The notes below the pieces were generated by a model that was not told the origin of the DNA, made no database searches, and was given only the letters and a program-made list of their open reading frames with translations. A stretch of DNA of 64,000 nucleotides from Somniosus microcephalus. Taxonomy: Eukaryota. Shown here one piece after another: positions 50,601 to 63,102 of this stretch (the first letter of the stretch is position 1; every line of letters begins with the position of its first letter). The position numbers and the translations under genes were made by a program. The DNA lies in contig CM126212.1 of assembly GCA_052327205.1 (NCBI GenBank), forward strand, positions 16,678,001 to 16,742,000. Reading direction: 5' to 3'.

Positions 50601-52196
50601 ATTTTCTTTGAATTCCCACTACTTTATAAATTGGCAAACGCACAGCATGAAGTACTTATATTACTGAAGGTTTGACAGAAAACCGCCAATGACTGAAAAA
50701 ATACCCTTTTGTGCCAGGTCTATTATTTATTAAGACCAATAATCAGCAAACATAATTTTTAGTCCAACAGTTTCTAGCAGGGACAAACCAATATTAACTG
50801 GCACCAACCTAGTTTGGTTATTGTTCATCAAGAGTGCTGGTTTGGAACTAGAAAAGGTTGCGATTAAACCTGCGGATTGGGTTGCAGTGCTCATGTCTGT
50901 AGCCACGAGTCCTATGTCGAAGCCACAGTTCAACCTCAGTGCATAAAGTGGTGCCAGTCATATCAGTTTGATACTCCAGTTACTAAAACATCGCTGCTCA
51001 ATAGTGCACCTTTGTAGACAGAGTTACTGCAGTGAAAGCCCTGACAGCAGAAAGAAGGTAGTGCAAGAGTTAAACAACCAATCTGGAAACATTTAATGGG
51101 AAGGTCCATTACCTAGGCCAGCACCAAGCTGGGTTTCTTTTAGTAATTGTTTCCTTAAGGCACAACTTTTAGCACTAATAGGTTTTATTAAAACTTCCAA
51201 TTGGGTCAGTAAACCCCTCATTATGCTGTTTTTTCAGCATGAAATTAAAGGAGAAGAAGAGGTGAAAGGTCTAAACTAAAATTTGACACAGAACTATTCT
51301 CCAAAGGTGATGTTATGATTAGAAACACAAGGGTTCAACTGGCCAGGCCACATAAACATCCGACTCCATCACTGCAAGAGCAGGAAAAAAAAGTGACAGC
51401 ATGAAATATTAACCTACGCTTCCTAGTGACATGCTGCTGTAAAAAAAAACACCATGAACTGCTCTTCAAAATGGAAATAAATTGAAAAGAATTAAAGTAA
51501 ATACATCCAGTAAGTTGATTTCAACAAAGTACACTTTTCTTAGAATTTGCAAGCAATATACCTCAACTCTAACACGTTGGTCAACGCACGGACCAATCTT
51601 GGTAACTAGTTAAGTGTAAGAAACAGAGAGTTGGCACAGATCCAGAGAATGTTGAAAATCCAAAACGAGCCAGAGAGAGGTGGGACACAGGGTCATGCCC
51701 ATAATTCCTCAACAGGGTAAGTCATTAATCTCGGCTCTGCCACTGTAAGGTAGCACCATTAGAAGGCAGGCAGGAGATAAAGGGTGTAAGTAAAGGACTG
51801 GAACCAGTGTTTAAAAAAAATACGCACTGTGGTAGCTGGGAAAATACTATCCAATGAAAGTGCTTCAAGAAAATCTACATTCAATGCATAAAACATGTTT
51901 CCTGTCATTTATTTCAACAAAATAATATGAGTACTTGCTTATGCGGGAGTGAAGTTATTTTACTCACTCGTACCAGCGATGCAGTCGGTCATTCATTCTC
52001 TGCAGCCTTATAGGATTGATATAAACCCCTGGTTATTGGGTCGCTTTTCTCGAGGTGCATGAGCAAGAATACTGTGTGTGTCAGGTAGCCAGCCTAAGGT
52101 TTCCAAAGTAATGCAGGCGATAAAAGTCAGAAACAAGATTGAAGATAACTATTTTCCCCATCATCTTTCCCTCAGCTATCTTATCAATTGCTTTGA

Positions 52197-52530
52197 ACAT
52201 AGAAACGTAGGAACTGGAGTAGGCCATTCAGCCCCTCAAGCTTGTTCTGGCATTCAATTAGATAATGGCCGATCTGTATCTCAACTCCATCTATCCACCT
52301 TTGCTCCATATCCCTTGATGCCCTTACCGAACAAAAAACTATCAATTTCAGTCTTGAAAATTTCAATCGATCCGCAGCATCCACAGCCTTCTGGGGGACA
52401 AGAGTTCAGATTTCCACTACCCTTTGTGTGGAAAAACTGCTTCTTGGCCTAGCCTAGCTCTCATTTCAGGATTATGCCCCCTTGTTCTGGATTCCCCCAC
52501 TAAAGGAAATAGTTTCTCGGTATCTACTTG
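52197..52530 (-). mobile_element. CR1 LINE 3' end
   Basis: EKLFPLVGESRTRGH plus 3' UTR and tail. Confidence 0.85.
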
Positions 52531-53123
52531 TGAATCACTTCTGCTGAATTCAGACCTAAAAATCCAATTATAAAGCCTAATTACAGGATTGGAGTAAGCT
52601 ACTATAGTTGGTTGGTGACCTCGATCTATAGCTCCGAACCAAGCATCAGCCTGTTCACACTGACCATATGCGTGTTTATAATATGACAAACTTATAACTG
52701 AGTGCTTGCAGTCATTCAGATTTTAACAACTTCACCGATATGCCTAACAAAACCCCAATCTCAAATGTCACATGAACAAATACAGAAAGCAATTTCAAAA
52801 CATTATGGGCACTTGTATCATGTTTGTATTAATGCAGTGGCCAACTTCAAAATGAGACTGCCACGGCTACCACAGAACAGCACACAACTAGCTAAGCAAT
52901 CATTCTGGAGGTGAACCCTAGTAAAATGAAAATTTTACCACATTATACGCACAGCACTCTTAAACACAATTATTTTGTGTATATCTTACACTGATTATTT
53001 TTCCGCTGTATTACCAACCCAAATTCAAATCAAGATGATCTACCTAGTGCTCTAGAATTAACTACTTTGTATATTTTTATAGGCCCTAAAAGTATCAGTA
53101 GACATGAGTAACCTATTCTTCAA

Positions 53124-53925
53124 AGTAACATTATTGATGTTACAAGTAATAACGTACCTTCTTTAGCGATGTATTTTTTTGATTCCTTCAATAATATGAA
53201 ATCTGTTCTACTTTCTAGCCAATGCCCAATTTCCCCAGGCCACACAGCAGACGAGAAGGTAACCGCTAACTGGCCAGCCTGCTGTGAGGACTCTGCCAGT
53301 GCTGCTTGGAGCCAGATCAGAGGCGCTATTGTCCTGGCCAATATTCAGACCTCAGTCAACATCACTAAAAAGAACAGATGATCTGGTCATTATCACATTG
53401 CTGTTTGTGGGACCTTGCTGTGCACAAATTGGCTGCTGCATTTCCTACATTACAACAGTGACTACACTTCAAAAGTACTTCATTGGCTGTAAAGCGCATT
53501 GGGACATCCTGAGGTCGTGAAAGGTGCTATAGAAATGCAAGTCTTTCGTTCTTCCTTTATTAATATTTTTACTTTACTCAAACTAGTTCTGAATACTGCA
53601 TAGTGGGCCTGCCACATTAGCGCACTAACATGCTGTAGTGGTGGGATGCCGGCTCAAGCTCACACATAGTTGAGTTGTTAATCTCAAGTCAGCTCCCTGT
53701 CCAAGAGAAAGAAAGGGAGAATGGTTCCTCGTCTGCTCTTGTGCGCCACCTCGGATCTGGCTTTGAGCAGCCCTGGCAGAGTCCTCACAGCAGGCTGGCT
53801 GGTTACCCTCTCGTCTGCTGTGTGGCCTATGGAAATCAGGGCCATTGGCTAGAGAATAGAACAGATTTCATATTATTGAAGGAAACCAAAAAATACATTG
53901 CTAAAGGTGGTCAATAATGTCACTG
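53124..53925. repeat. Long imperfect inverted repeat (arms ~53124-53326 and ~53743-53925)
   Basis: GATTCCTTCAATAATATGAAATCTGTTCTA pairs with TAGAACAGATTTCATATTATTGAAGGAAAC; GCCAGCCTGCTGTGAGGACTCTGCCAG pairs with its reverse complement. Confidence 0.85.
53329..53545 (+). mobile_element. SacSINE1-like SINE 3' half
   Basis: TGTCCTGGCCAATATT...CTGGTCATTATCACATTGCTGTTTGTGGG...GTGAAAGGTGCTATAGAAATGCAAG. Confidence 0.85.
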
Positions 53926-53979
53926 TAGCATTGTCACTTCAGTCGAAGAACTTCCAACATCAGAAGAATGAAGGCATTT

Positions 53980-54495
53980 AATATAAAATAAAACAACTGA
54001 AAATACTCAGCAGGTCAGGCAGCATCTGTGGAGCGAGAAACAGAGTTAACGTTTCAGGTCGATGACCCTTCGTCAGAACTGGAAAATGTTGGAGATGGAA
54101 CAGGTTTTTAAGCAAGTGCAGGGGCAGGGAGAGGGGGAGGGGAGGAAAGAACAAAAGGGAAGGTCTGAGATAGGATGGAAGGCAGGAGAGATTAAGAGAC
54201 GAAAGGGATGATGGTGCGAGGCAAAAGGAGATGGTAATGGGACAAGTTAAGAAACAAAAGATGACTCGAGATGAAGTGTAAATGGCAATGGCAGAATGAT
54301 CAACAGCTGCCATGTGAGAGAGAGAGAGAGAGGCCGGAGAGGTCAGAGTGGGAGTGGAGCGGAGAATTAAAATGACAGGCAACCAGAAGCTCGGGGTCAC
54401 CCTTACGGACTGAACTAAGGTGTTCTGCAAAGCGCTCACCCAATCTGCGTTTGGTCTCCCCAATGTAGAGACCGCATTGTGAGCAGCGAATAAGA
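53980..54495 (-). mobile_element. Penelope-like retroelement 3' remnant (GIY-YIG fragment plus pseudo-LTR)
   Basis: IRCSQCGLYIGETKRRLGERFAEHL...VACHFNS at ~54365-54492; pyrimidine-rich UTR; terminal hammerhead motif. Confidence 0.88.
54044..54082 (-). ncRNA. Minimal type I hammerhead ribozyme motif
   Basis: CCAGTT-CTGACGA-AGGGTC-ATC-GACCT-GAAA-CGTTAACT: CUGANGA and GAAA core boxes, stem II, short stem I and palindromic stem III (AACGTT). Confidence 0.75.
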
Positions 54496-55429
54496 GGTCA
54501 AGAGTGTTCATGTGGCATTTAGCGTGGCTCTCAGGATACGGCGAGAGCAGTGGTTCAAGGCATTTAATGGTTTGGTGAACGAAAAGTAAAGAGCAACCTT
54601 AAGTATAGTTTTTTTTAAAAATAAACTAGCTGTTAAAGCCACATCACAGAAGACATTGCAGCATTCAGTCCTCGTGCACAGGATCTGTTCCCAGTACAAA
54701 AGTTACGCCTTGGTTAATGATGTAAATACTGCAAAACACAAATTCATAGCTGTGAAAACAATTAATCTCTTCATCAATTAGTGCTGGTCCTAGTTAAAAT
54801 AACACTGAAGTCTCCTACTTTCTCTGCTATAATCAGAATTGAATAGGAAGTAATAGACATGTTTTCTTTATCCTTTACTTGTAAAAGTAACATTAATATA
54901 TTGTTTCCTGTGGCCTACACACATTAGCCTTGAGTTTGAGTTTTATTCCTCCCAGTACGAATCCCTACTAAAATTAATTATGAACATAAATCGTCTGTTG
55001 GTTCCAAATTACTTGACAATTAGCCCAGCAGTGTTTCGAGCTGTAGGATCCGCCTGGGAACAAGCCTGATTGATTGTGGTGCTGATGGCAAAAATTTGTC
55101 GGAGCCAGCAGAACTAATAATTAGACAGTTATTGATTTCAGAGGTGATGGTAGGAGTGGCGAGCTGATAGTAAACAGAACCAGATAAAAAGCTAAGGACA
55201 AAAATCTCCCCGACAGACTATTCGTCAGCCTCAACAGGGCATAAACCCATTGAACGTGCCTTAATGAGTACAGAATGCAGGTAAAGTTAATTTAATTCCA
55301 AGAAAAGCGCCACGAGTGCATTCTTCTAACCTCTGTTCTTGACAGTTTCAAACATGACTATTTCTTAAGTTCCTTTGTAACTCATATTCTTGACCATGTT
55401 GTCACGCTCTTAACAATCAGCTTTCTTAT

Positions 55430-55690
55430 TATATTTTAATTACCAGATGAGTGTTCTTAACAACAATCTTAAATTGATGACCTATCATCACCGTCTCCCC
55501 AAAGAAAGGAAATAGTTTTCTCCAATTCGGCCTATCAAATCCCATCATAATTTTAAAAACCTTATTAAATTTCTTTAGTCTTCCCTGCTGTTGTGGAAAT
55601 AATCCCAGTATCTCAAGTTTCTCCTCATAATTATAAATTTCCAGCATTATCCTGCTGATTCTACGAAGTACATTCTCTATGGTTTTAATG
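55430..55690 (-). mobile_element. Degraded CR1 3' fragment
   Basis: YEEKLEILGLF...VFKIMMGFDR...KLFP...GHQFKI. Confidence 0.65.
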
Positions 55691-58343
55691 TCCTAGTCAA
55701 ATGGGAACAAATATAATCAATCAACCAGATACAGCCAGACTCCAATGTGAACAATCCATATATTCCAACACATGGGGGTAGAAATTTGACCTCGTAACAT
55801 ACGTTTTACATAAAAATGCAACTATTTTGATGAAGCCCTAGGACCAATCTCTTGAGATCCTTGGACCTCAATCTTCGGGCACAGCGATCATTCCCCACGC
55901 TCATTTGGTGCTTGAAATCTGGCCTAAACAAATCTCTCGGCCATGGATTTAAAAGAAGTCTATACACGTCATCCAGTTATACCAAGAGCCACAGGTATAC
56001 TTTGATTGAGTGAGGCGATTTATTAAATAGGGTAGAAATGGGGATTTGCAACAAGTAGCATCCCAGTGGTATTATTCCACACAGTACTCAGTACCTATTG
56101 CGCTAAAGCAAGCTCATTTTTCATCATTCTAGCATGAGAAATACAAATAGGCTTGAACGACTGTTTTGCGGCAACAGATAAGGCTCGTCAAGGCCAATAT
56201 TTTCTCGCAAGTTGTAGATACCTCAGGAGCAGTCTCCCCTCACCTCCCTCCACTGTTTGCATCTGAAGTCATCGAAACGGGCTCAATTCATTTGAAATTC
56301 AGTTCACCTCACACCCCCTACCGTATACACAATCCTGGTACCTAGTGGAGTCACATCTTGCAGAAAGATTAAATGAGATACGCAATAATCTAGAAATCTC
56401 CTGCTAAAAACAACAAAATGACACACCAGTTTCCTGATCTTTGACAAATGTTGCTGATAAATCAATATACCGCCCTAGCCACTGGCTGCATTCGAGGACT
56501 GGCCAGTTAACTTGGAATTTTCTTGGGAATATGAGAAAGTTTCCTCATGGAGGTGCAAAGCACGGGTCAATTATCTCATCTTGGAGGCAAAGGGGGAGGA
56601 GGGGAGGAGAGGGTGAAGGAAAGAGGAAATCAGAAGTGAGTAGTTTGGAGGCAGAAGACAACACAACGAAGAACATGAAGGAGTTTCAAAATAAAGTTTT
56701 ACATAGCATTTTCTGGTAAAAACAACACAGCACTGTGAAGGAACACTACATAAATCGGGGATCAAAAATAAGTTACTGGTCCAAAAACAGCCTTTAAATA
56801 AACCTCCTGATCCAGATCCTACAATTGCATGAAAATCATTTTTTAGCTATGGTAACCCAGATTATATTAAGAATTCATTTTCCTTATTCTGGTTGTATTT
56901 CATATATTTTGATTGTTTTATATCCCCACTTGCTCTTTATATCAATACAGTACTTGCTAATCTTAGTCACAAATGAATATTTTTGTTTACACTCATCTCT
57001 TTCTATGTATCAACTGGGCAAATGCACTTATAAAGGAATGTAATCTGGAAGTCCAAACCTAAAAATAGCAGGTCCCAGACCTCAGATCTGTGGAAATTCT
57101 TGACCCTTGATAGTGGAGTATTCAGTTCAAGTTGTGTGTTGGTACAGCTGCTCCTCACTTGCAGATAATCAGTCTACCTTTTTTGTTTCAAGTGATTTGA
57201 TTATATAATTATATCCTGATGGACAACTATATTATTCTCTCTGTAGCTTTTTTTTATTCCAACTGTTTCATCAAGACAGAAGATCCAAAACATAAAAAGA
57301 AATTCTGTAAATTACAATATTTACCTATTTTGCTCCAACAGCTTTCAAAGTTCACTTTCAAAATTCCCAGTAAATATCTATAAACATCAGTAATTTAGAG
57401 GTGATCTGTAGCAAAAGATTTTTTTAGGAAGAGAAAGACCACTATGCCCAGCAAGACCATCCTGTCTGGATAGATCTCAACCCCATTCAATTACTTTCTC
57501 ACTATCACTCGAAATCCCTTCTCACTCCAGAAGTACATCGAATTGCCTTTTACACTCAATGGTACTGCCTACTTCATTGACAATTGAGTAAGTTATTTTA
57601 CAAGACTATATCCCGTTGTGTAAAGAAAATTTCTTGCTCCTAACTTACTGATTTTCAACTTTTAACCTGACATTGAATCTTTCAGCATGGTAAATTTAAC
57701 AGATCAATATTGGCAACTAATAAACCATCACAATTCTTGAACATTACCAAAACCAGGTATGACGAGACTCTCTTCATTAATGTAATTGGTGGTAGAATAA
57801 CTAATAAATTTATGGACACATACTAAATAGTAGCATCTTGCGCTAATCCTAGATGCATCAAAGCAGTTTCAGCTGCATTCCTGTAATATGACTAAATGTA
57901 AAGTTGTATTCTCCAAGTAAACAGTGTATGCTGGCAAAGTGAACTGTATGCTGTTAATGATAAAACATAGAACTGACCTTCTGGTAGGCATTTCCACTTT
58001 CTGCCAAAACCTGTGTCTTCAAATTTTCATAATCCAGCCTCAACTTTAGATATTCTTGTGACAGCTATGCTTGGCTCCCAGGGTTTCTCAGGTTAGGTGC
58101 TAATGGCAAGAGCTCAAAGCACATCAGAGTAACTAATTATTACAATACCTTTACAGCCCAATTTGAACCGTAGCTAAATTTAGATTCTCTAAAAGGGAGG
58201 TTTACGAGAGCTGTCACTTCGGACATTGAAGCCTTTAGCTCACAGACTAATTTAAGGTTTAATCCCTAATTCTTTTTTCTTATACGTAACATACCAGAAA
58301 TCTAGATATAGTTTAAAATCCTTCATTTTAAAAAAAAAAATCT

Positions 58344-58500
58344 GTCCCTGGAATTTCCACAGGTGGTTCTCTGGCAGGAGATTGGTGGAACCGCTGGCGG
58401 AATGGTGAAAACGGCTAAAAACATGCCACTTCTCCAGTTATTCTGCTGATTTTCGCTGAATATACAGCGGGGGATTGGGAGAACCCTGTGGAAATTCTTC
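58344..58500. mobile_element. Short hairpin MITE
   Basis: GAATTTCCACAGG / CCTGTGGAAATTC inverted ends; further internal complementarity. Confidence 0.55.
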
Positions 58501-58918
58501 TCAATTGTGTTCATGACTGTGTAGACGTGCAGTATTGTCCTTTCAATCAATCAGATCACAGAACCAGTGAACAGAAATTCTTTGGCAAATTTGGCAGTGT
58601 GCTCTTGCACACACTTGAGGAGCCTTGAGCCTTGGCTCTGTCAATCTGCGTCTAAGCTCCTTGAACTTGGGTAAATGGGATGCATTCCAATGAGGAGCAA
58701 ATATGTATTCCCCATCAGGCAAACAGAAATTCTACCGTGTGGATATCCCAGTAGTTTGGTTTGAAGACGTTGAGGCATGTTGATGGATTTCCCCATGTGC
58801 CACACATCCCGCTGATTAAATAAAATGTTCATATCCCATGGACCTGTATCAACTTGCATGACTTCTATAATTTGAACTGCCTCCCAAATGACAATATGTT
58901 AAGAGCATTAAGGTTTTA

Positions 58919-59450
58919 CAGGAAACTCTTTGGTGTCCGGCACCAACGGGACCGGCGTGTTGCCGGTTGACCAAAAATTCCGGATGACGGAGAGGGTTAT
59001 CTACCGAGGCTATTTTTAACAAAGAAAAGTTAAAAAATCAAGAAATGTGCAGTATACAGTAATTGGGTACTCAGCTACAGAATGTTGTGTTAAATGGATG
59101 GTGGAAGATGCTTGATTAAGTACAGTATTGCCAGTTGAGGGTAATGCAATGCAATGACTACCAGCAGCGTGGGAGACACACAGTACCCCTGTAAAATGGC
59201 GGATCAGAAGAGACTACCGGCAGCGCGGGAGAGTCAGACTCCTGTTATTGAGGTGTTCTGACTTCTGACAGTGCCAAGAAGCCGAGTAGTGGCAGTTTGG
59301 AGAACTACCCCCACTGACTAACTCAACCACCGCGGGAGACTTGGACTCGGCAACACTGCCGGTTATTGAGGTGTTGTTTTCGGAGTGAGAATTTTGCCGG
59401 TTAATAGAGAATTCCGGATATTTAGGTGCCATTTAAACGAGAGTTTCCTG
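58919..59450. mobile_element. pogo/Tigger-like MITE (longer variant)
   Basis: TA|CAGGAAACTC ... GAGTTTCCTG|TA; shares subterminal GGCACC(A/G)ACGGGACCG with the other copies. Confidence 0.88.
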
Positions 59451-60073
59451 TACTTGGAAAATCTCCCATCTCCATTTACAGTACACAGAAAATGTCCATA
59501 AGAAACTAAAGAAAATATTCGATCCCTAATAACGAATAGCGCTGATAAACAAATACCATTTTATGGCAGGCCCCTCAACCCCTAAAGGAATAGACGCTAC
59601 ATAAATCAGGGAAGGCAGATAATGCCCGTTACCAGTGTATCACAATGTCATTCATTCTTTGAACATTCATCATAATTTCCACAGTCTTTAACACAGCTAA
59701 TATACAACAGTTAGAATGCAACTGAAAGGTATACTTATTAATCGAGGTTCCTTTCAGCATCCCAGACTTCAAACACACAAAAGAATTAACAATGTTTTTC
59801 TAAGTGCATTGCACTGTATAGTCTGGTCACTTAGGAAATAGCTCTTTTGTGAATCAGTCAGATTAATTGCAGGGCATTTACATCCACTAAAGAGCCATAG
59901 ATAGAAATCATTAATACGCACGATGGACTATTCCATCATTTACCATTATAGCAACTGATGTACTTTAATGATCTTTATGAAGAATCAGTTATGAATTGTA
60001 AGATAAAATCATACTCTTTCTACTGTATCAGTACCATATGATCTTCAAAATGTCTGAAATTTCATCCACTTAC

Positions 60074-60084
60074 CAAAGGAGTAC
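60074..60084 (-). other. 11-nt microexon GTACTCCTTTG of an unidentified minus-strand host gene
   Basis: Near-consensus acceptor ttttgttgtcttttattttgttttacag directly followed 11 nt later by consensus donor TTG|gtaagt, in repeat-free sequence. Confidence 0.65.
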
Positions 60085-61151
60085 CTGTAAAACAAAATAA
60101 AAGACAACAAAATCATTAAAAAGCACAACATTTATATTTTATGCACTGAGAACTGAATTTAAAGGTTATTATTTGACAAAGGGGCTTCACTGTCCTGGTA
60201 AAATGAAAATAAACAGTGACAGTCAATTACATAATCTCATTGCCAATGGTGTCCATGGTTTGAAAAAAAATATTGATTAGTACCATAGATTGACGAGGTG
60301 AAGGTTCACACCCACAACACAATGGGTTCGCAATCTCCAGTCTGGCACTGTAGGGGTAGGCAGTGAGCAAAGAGGCATTTGCCTAGATATTGGGATGGAA
60401 AATTTGAATGCCATTAACCCCTTTACATCCAAGTGGGCAATGGTAATGCAGTACTAGCAGGGGTCAGGGTGCAAAAGTCGAGCCCACCTTCTGAGTTAAG
60501 GATGTTGTGTGACTACAAGAGGAAACATGCACATTAAAAGTTGCAGTGACATCTGGGGTAAAGGAATGCAGGAGCTTGTGTTCAGAACATCTATAATTCT
60601 GCCACTCAATTACTGCCATGAGGTATTTTGTAGACTAGGCATTAAGAGTAAATCCAATAGTGTAAATGTCACCCTGCACATTCTAACAGAAGTTTAAGAG
60701 AGAGTGATGAATTATTACCACTATCAAAATAAAAAACACATCAATTGAGCCAAATGAAATGTTAGGGGGCAAATCCAATTAAATAAATCAGCTTTAAAAG
60801 TTCTTAAGCCATGAGGACTGTTACAATTTGGAAATGCACTAGATACTTTCACTCTCAGTCCATATCCACAGCTAGTCCATGCTTCCTATGAACTAAGAAG
60901 TGACCTTCTGCACAAAGTTATGTGAGATAGCGAGCCACAGAGTGAACAACAAAACGTTTACTGAATGTTAAATACTGGAAATTGAGCGGGTCACGATTTC
61001 ACTACACGCTCTCCATCTCCACCACTGTTCAACAAATAACACTCTGACAGACCGTATGTCTCAGACTACAACTATGAATCAAATGTGTCAAGTAGAATTA
61101 AAACAGTCGCAAGAGAAAACACTAGATTAGAAAGCTTTACTTAAAGTCCCT

Positions 61152-61796
61152 GGCCTAGAAATTCATTTTGGGGCGCCCAGCTCGCCTGGGCGCCGGAATT
61201 ACCGCTGCGCGCAGATCCACTTGCACAAGCGGCCGCTAAACAGGGGTTTCGGCACCCCGCTTGGGCGCTGAAACTGATTATCGGCGCGCTAGTGGCCGCA
61301 GCGCCACCCGCAGCGGAGCGGCAGGCTGCGGTACTGCAGGCCTTCCTCCCTCTCAAGGGGGAGGTGCCTGCAGCAGCCGGAGCCCCGATCGCGAGTGCCG
61401 GCAAAAGAGCCCGGCAGAACGGAGACGTGCCGGGCTCCCGGAAACCAGCCGGCAATGCCGCGGGGGCGGGGGGTGGAGGAGGCCGGGGAAGGAGGTGCGG
61501 GCAGGCGGCCGCCGAAAAAACGGCCGGCCGCACCTCCACTTTAATTACCGCCACAGGTAGGCCCTGTGTACCGGTCGCTGTTTGCGGCCGGCGCTGAAGA
61601 GGCGGGCGCGACTTAATATGGCGTTCTTCGCGGAAACGGGGCGCTGCGCACACCGATGACGTCATTGGTGGCGGCGCAGCGCTACAGCCTAACACCGCCA
61701 TTAGCGCACCGCTGAATTTCGCCTGAAGTTTGCAGACTGGCGCAAAAGCCCTCTTTGGGCGCAAACTGGTGGCGCAGGCCACTGAATTTCTAGGCC
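61152..61796. mobile_element. CpG-rich Harbinger-type MITE
   Basis: Perfect 14-bp TIR GGCCTAGAAATTCA / TGAATTTCTAGGCC; exact TSD CCT (61149-61151, 61797-61799); interior homologous to 45281-45980. Confidence 0.92.
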
Positions 61797-62069
61797 CCTG
61801 TTTCAAAATAGCAAATGTCTCAAAACTCTAGATGATCTTGGAAGTAATGCTCTTCGTTTAGACCAGGTGCCCACGAGGCGAAGTCCACATGAAATCAAAC
61901 TTGTACATAATGTTCCACAAGCCCCAGCTCATTAGCTACCTGGCAAAGCAGATATGGGAAAATAGTTACGCCTCCTTTTTCCTTTTTAAGTCCAGACTGG
62001 GAAGAAAGAAGGTAACGCAAATATAAACTTTCCAATTACAATAACCCTGATAGCCAAAGCAATGTTCAA

Positions 62070-63102
62070 AACATAGAAACATAGAAGATAGGAGCAGGAG
62101 TAGGCCATTCGGCCCCTCGAGCCTGCTCCGCCATTCAATGAGATCATGGCTGATCATCCAAATTCAGTACCCTGTCCCTGCTTTCTCCCCATATCCCTTG
62201 ATCCCTTTAGCCTTAAGAAATATATCTAACTCCTTGAATATATTTAATGAATTGGCCTCCACTGCCTTCTGTGGTAGAGAATTCCACAAGTTCACCACTC
62301 TCTGGGTGAAGAAATTCCTCATCTCAGTCCTAAATGGCTTACCCCTTATCCTTAGACTATGACCCCTAGTTCTGGACTCCCCGGCCATCGGGAACATCCT
62401 TCCTGCATCTAGTCTGTCCAGGCCTGACAGAATTTTATAGATTTCAATGAGATCCCCTCTCAATCTTCTAAACTCCAGTGAGTACAAGCCCAATCGACCC
62501 AATCTCTCTTCATACGTCATTCCTGCCATCCCAGGTATCAGCCTGGTGAATCTTCGCTGCACTCCCTCCATGGCAAGAACGTCCTTCCTCAGGTAAGGTG
62601 ACCAAAACGGCACACAATACTCAAGGTGCAGTCTCACCAAGGCCCTGTACAACTGCAGCAAGACATCCTTGTTCCTGTACTCGAGCCCTCTTGCTACGAA
62701 GGCCAACATACCATTTGCCTTCTTAACCGCCTGCTGCACCTGCATGCTTACCTTCAGCGACTGGTGCACAAGAACACCCAGGTCTCTTTGCACTTCCCCT
62801 TCTCCCAATCTATTGCCATTCAAATAATAATCTGCCTTCCTGTTTTTGCCACCAAAGTGGATAACCTCACATTTATCCACATTATAGTGCATTTGCCATG
62901 TTTCTGTCCAATCACCCAACCTGTCCAAATCGTACTGGAGTTTCACGACATCCTCCTCACAGCACACACGCCCACCCAGCTTTGTGTCGTCTGCAAATTT
63001 GGAGATACTACATCCAATTCCCTCGTCCAGATCATTAATATGTATTGTGAACAGCTGGGGTCCTAGGACCGATCCTTGCGGTACCCCACTAGTCACTGCC
63101 TG
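62070..63102 (-). mobile_element. Young 5'-truncated CR1 (HER1-like) LINE
   Basis: Uninterrupted 310-aa ORF ([31 protein letters not shown]); 3' UTR and TTTCTATG tail. Confidence 0.95.

Noticed and set aside
56244-56272. ATG-initiated short frame ending at a gtgagg donor (MTSDANSGG)
   Set aside because: Weak evidence; could easily occur by chance.
57978-58064. Protein-like frame LSQEYLKLRLDYENLKTQVLAESGNAYQK with a gtcagt donor
   Set aside because: The acceptor lacks a polypyrimidine tract and I recognise no homologue.
61141-61806. 221-aa GC-rich ORF (and similar ORFs at 45190-45942)
   Set aside because: Stop-poor frames caused by the high GC content of a non-autonomous transposon.
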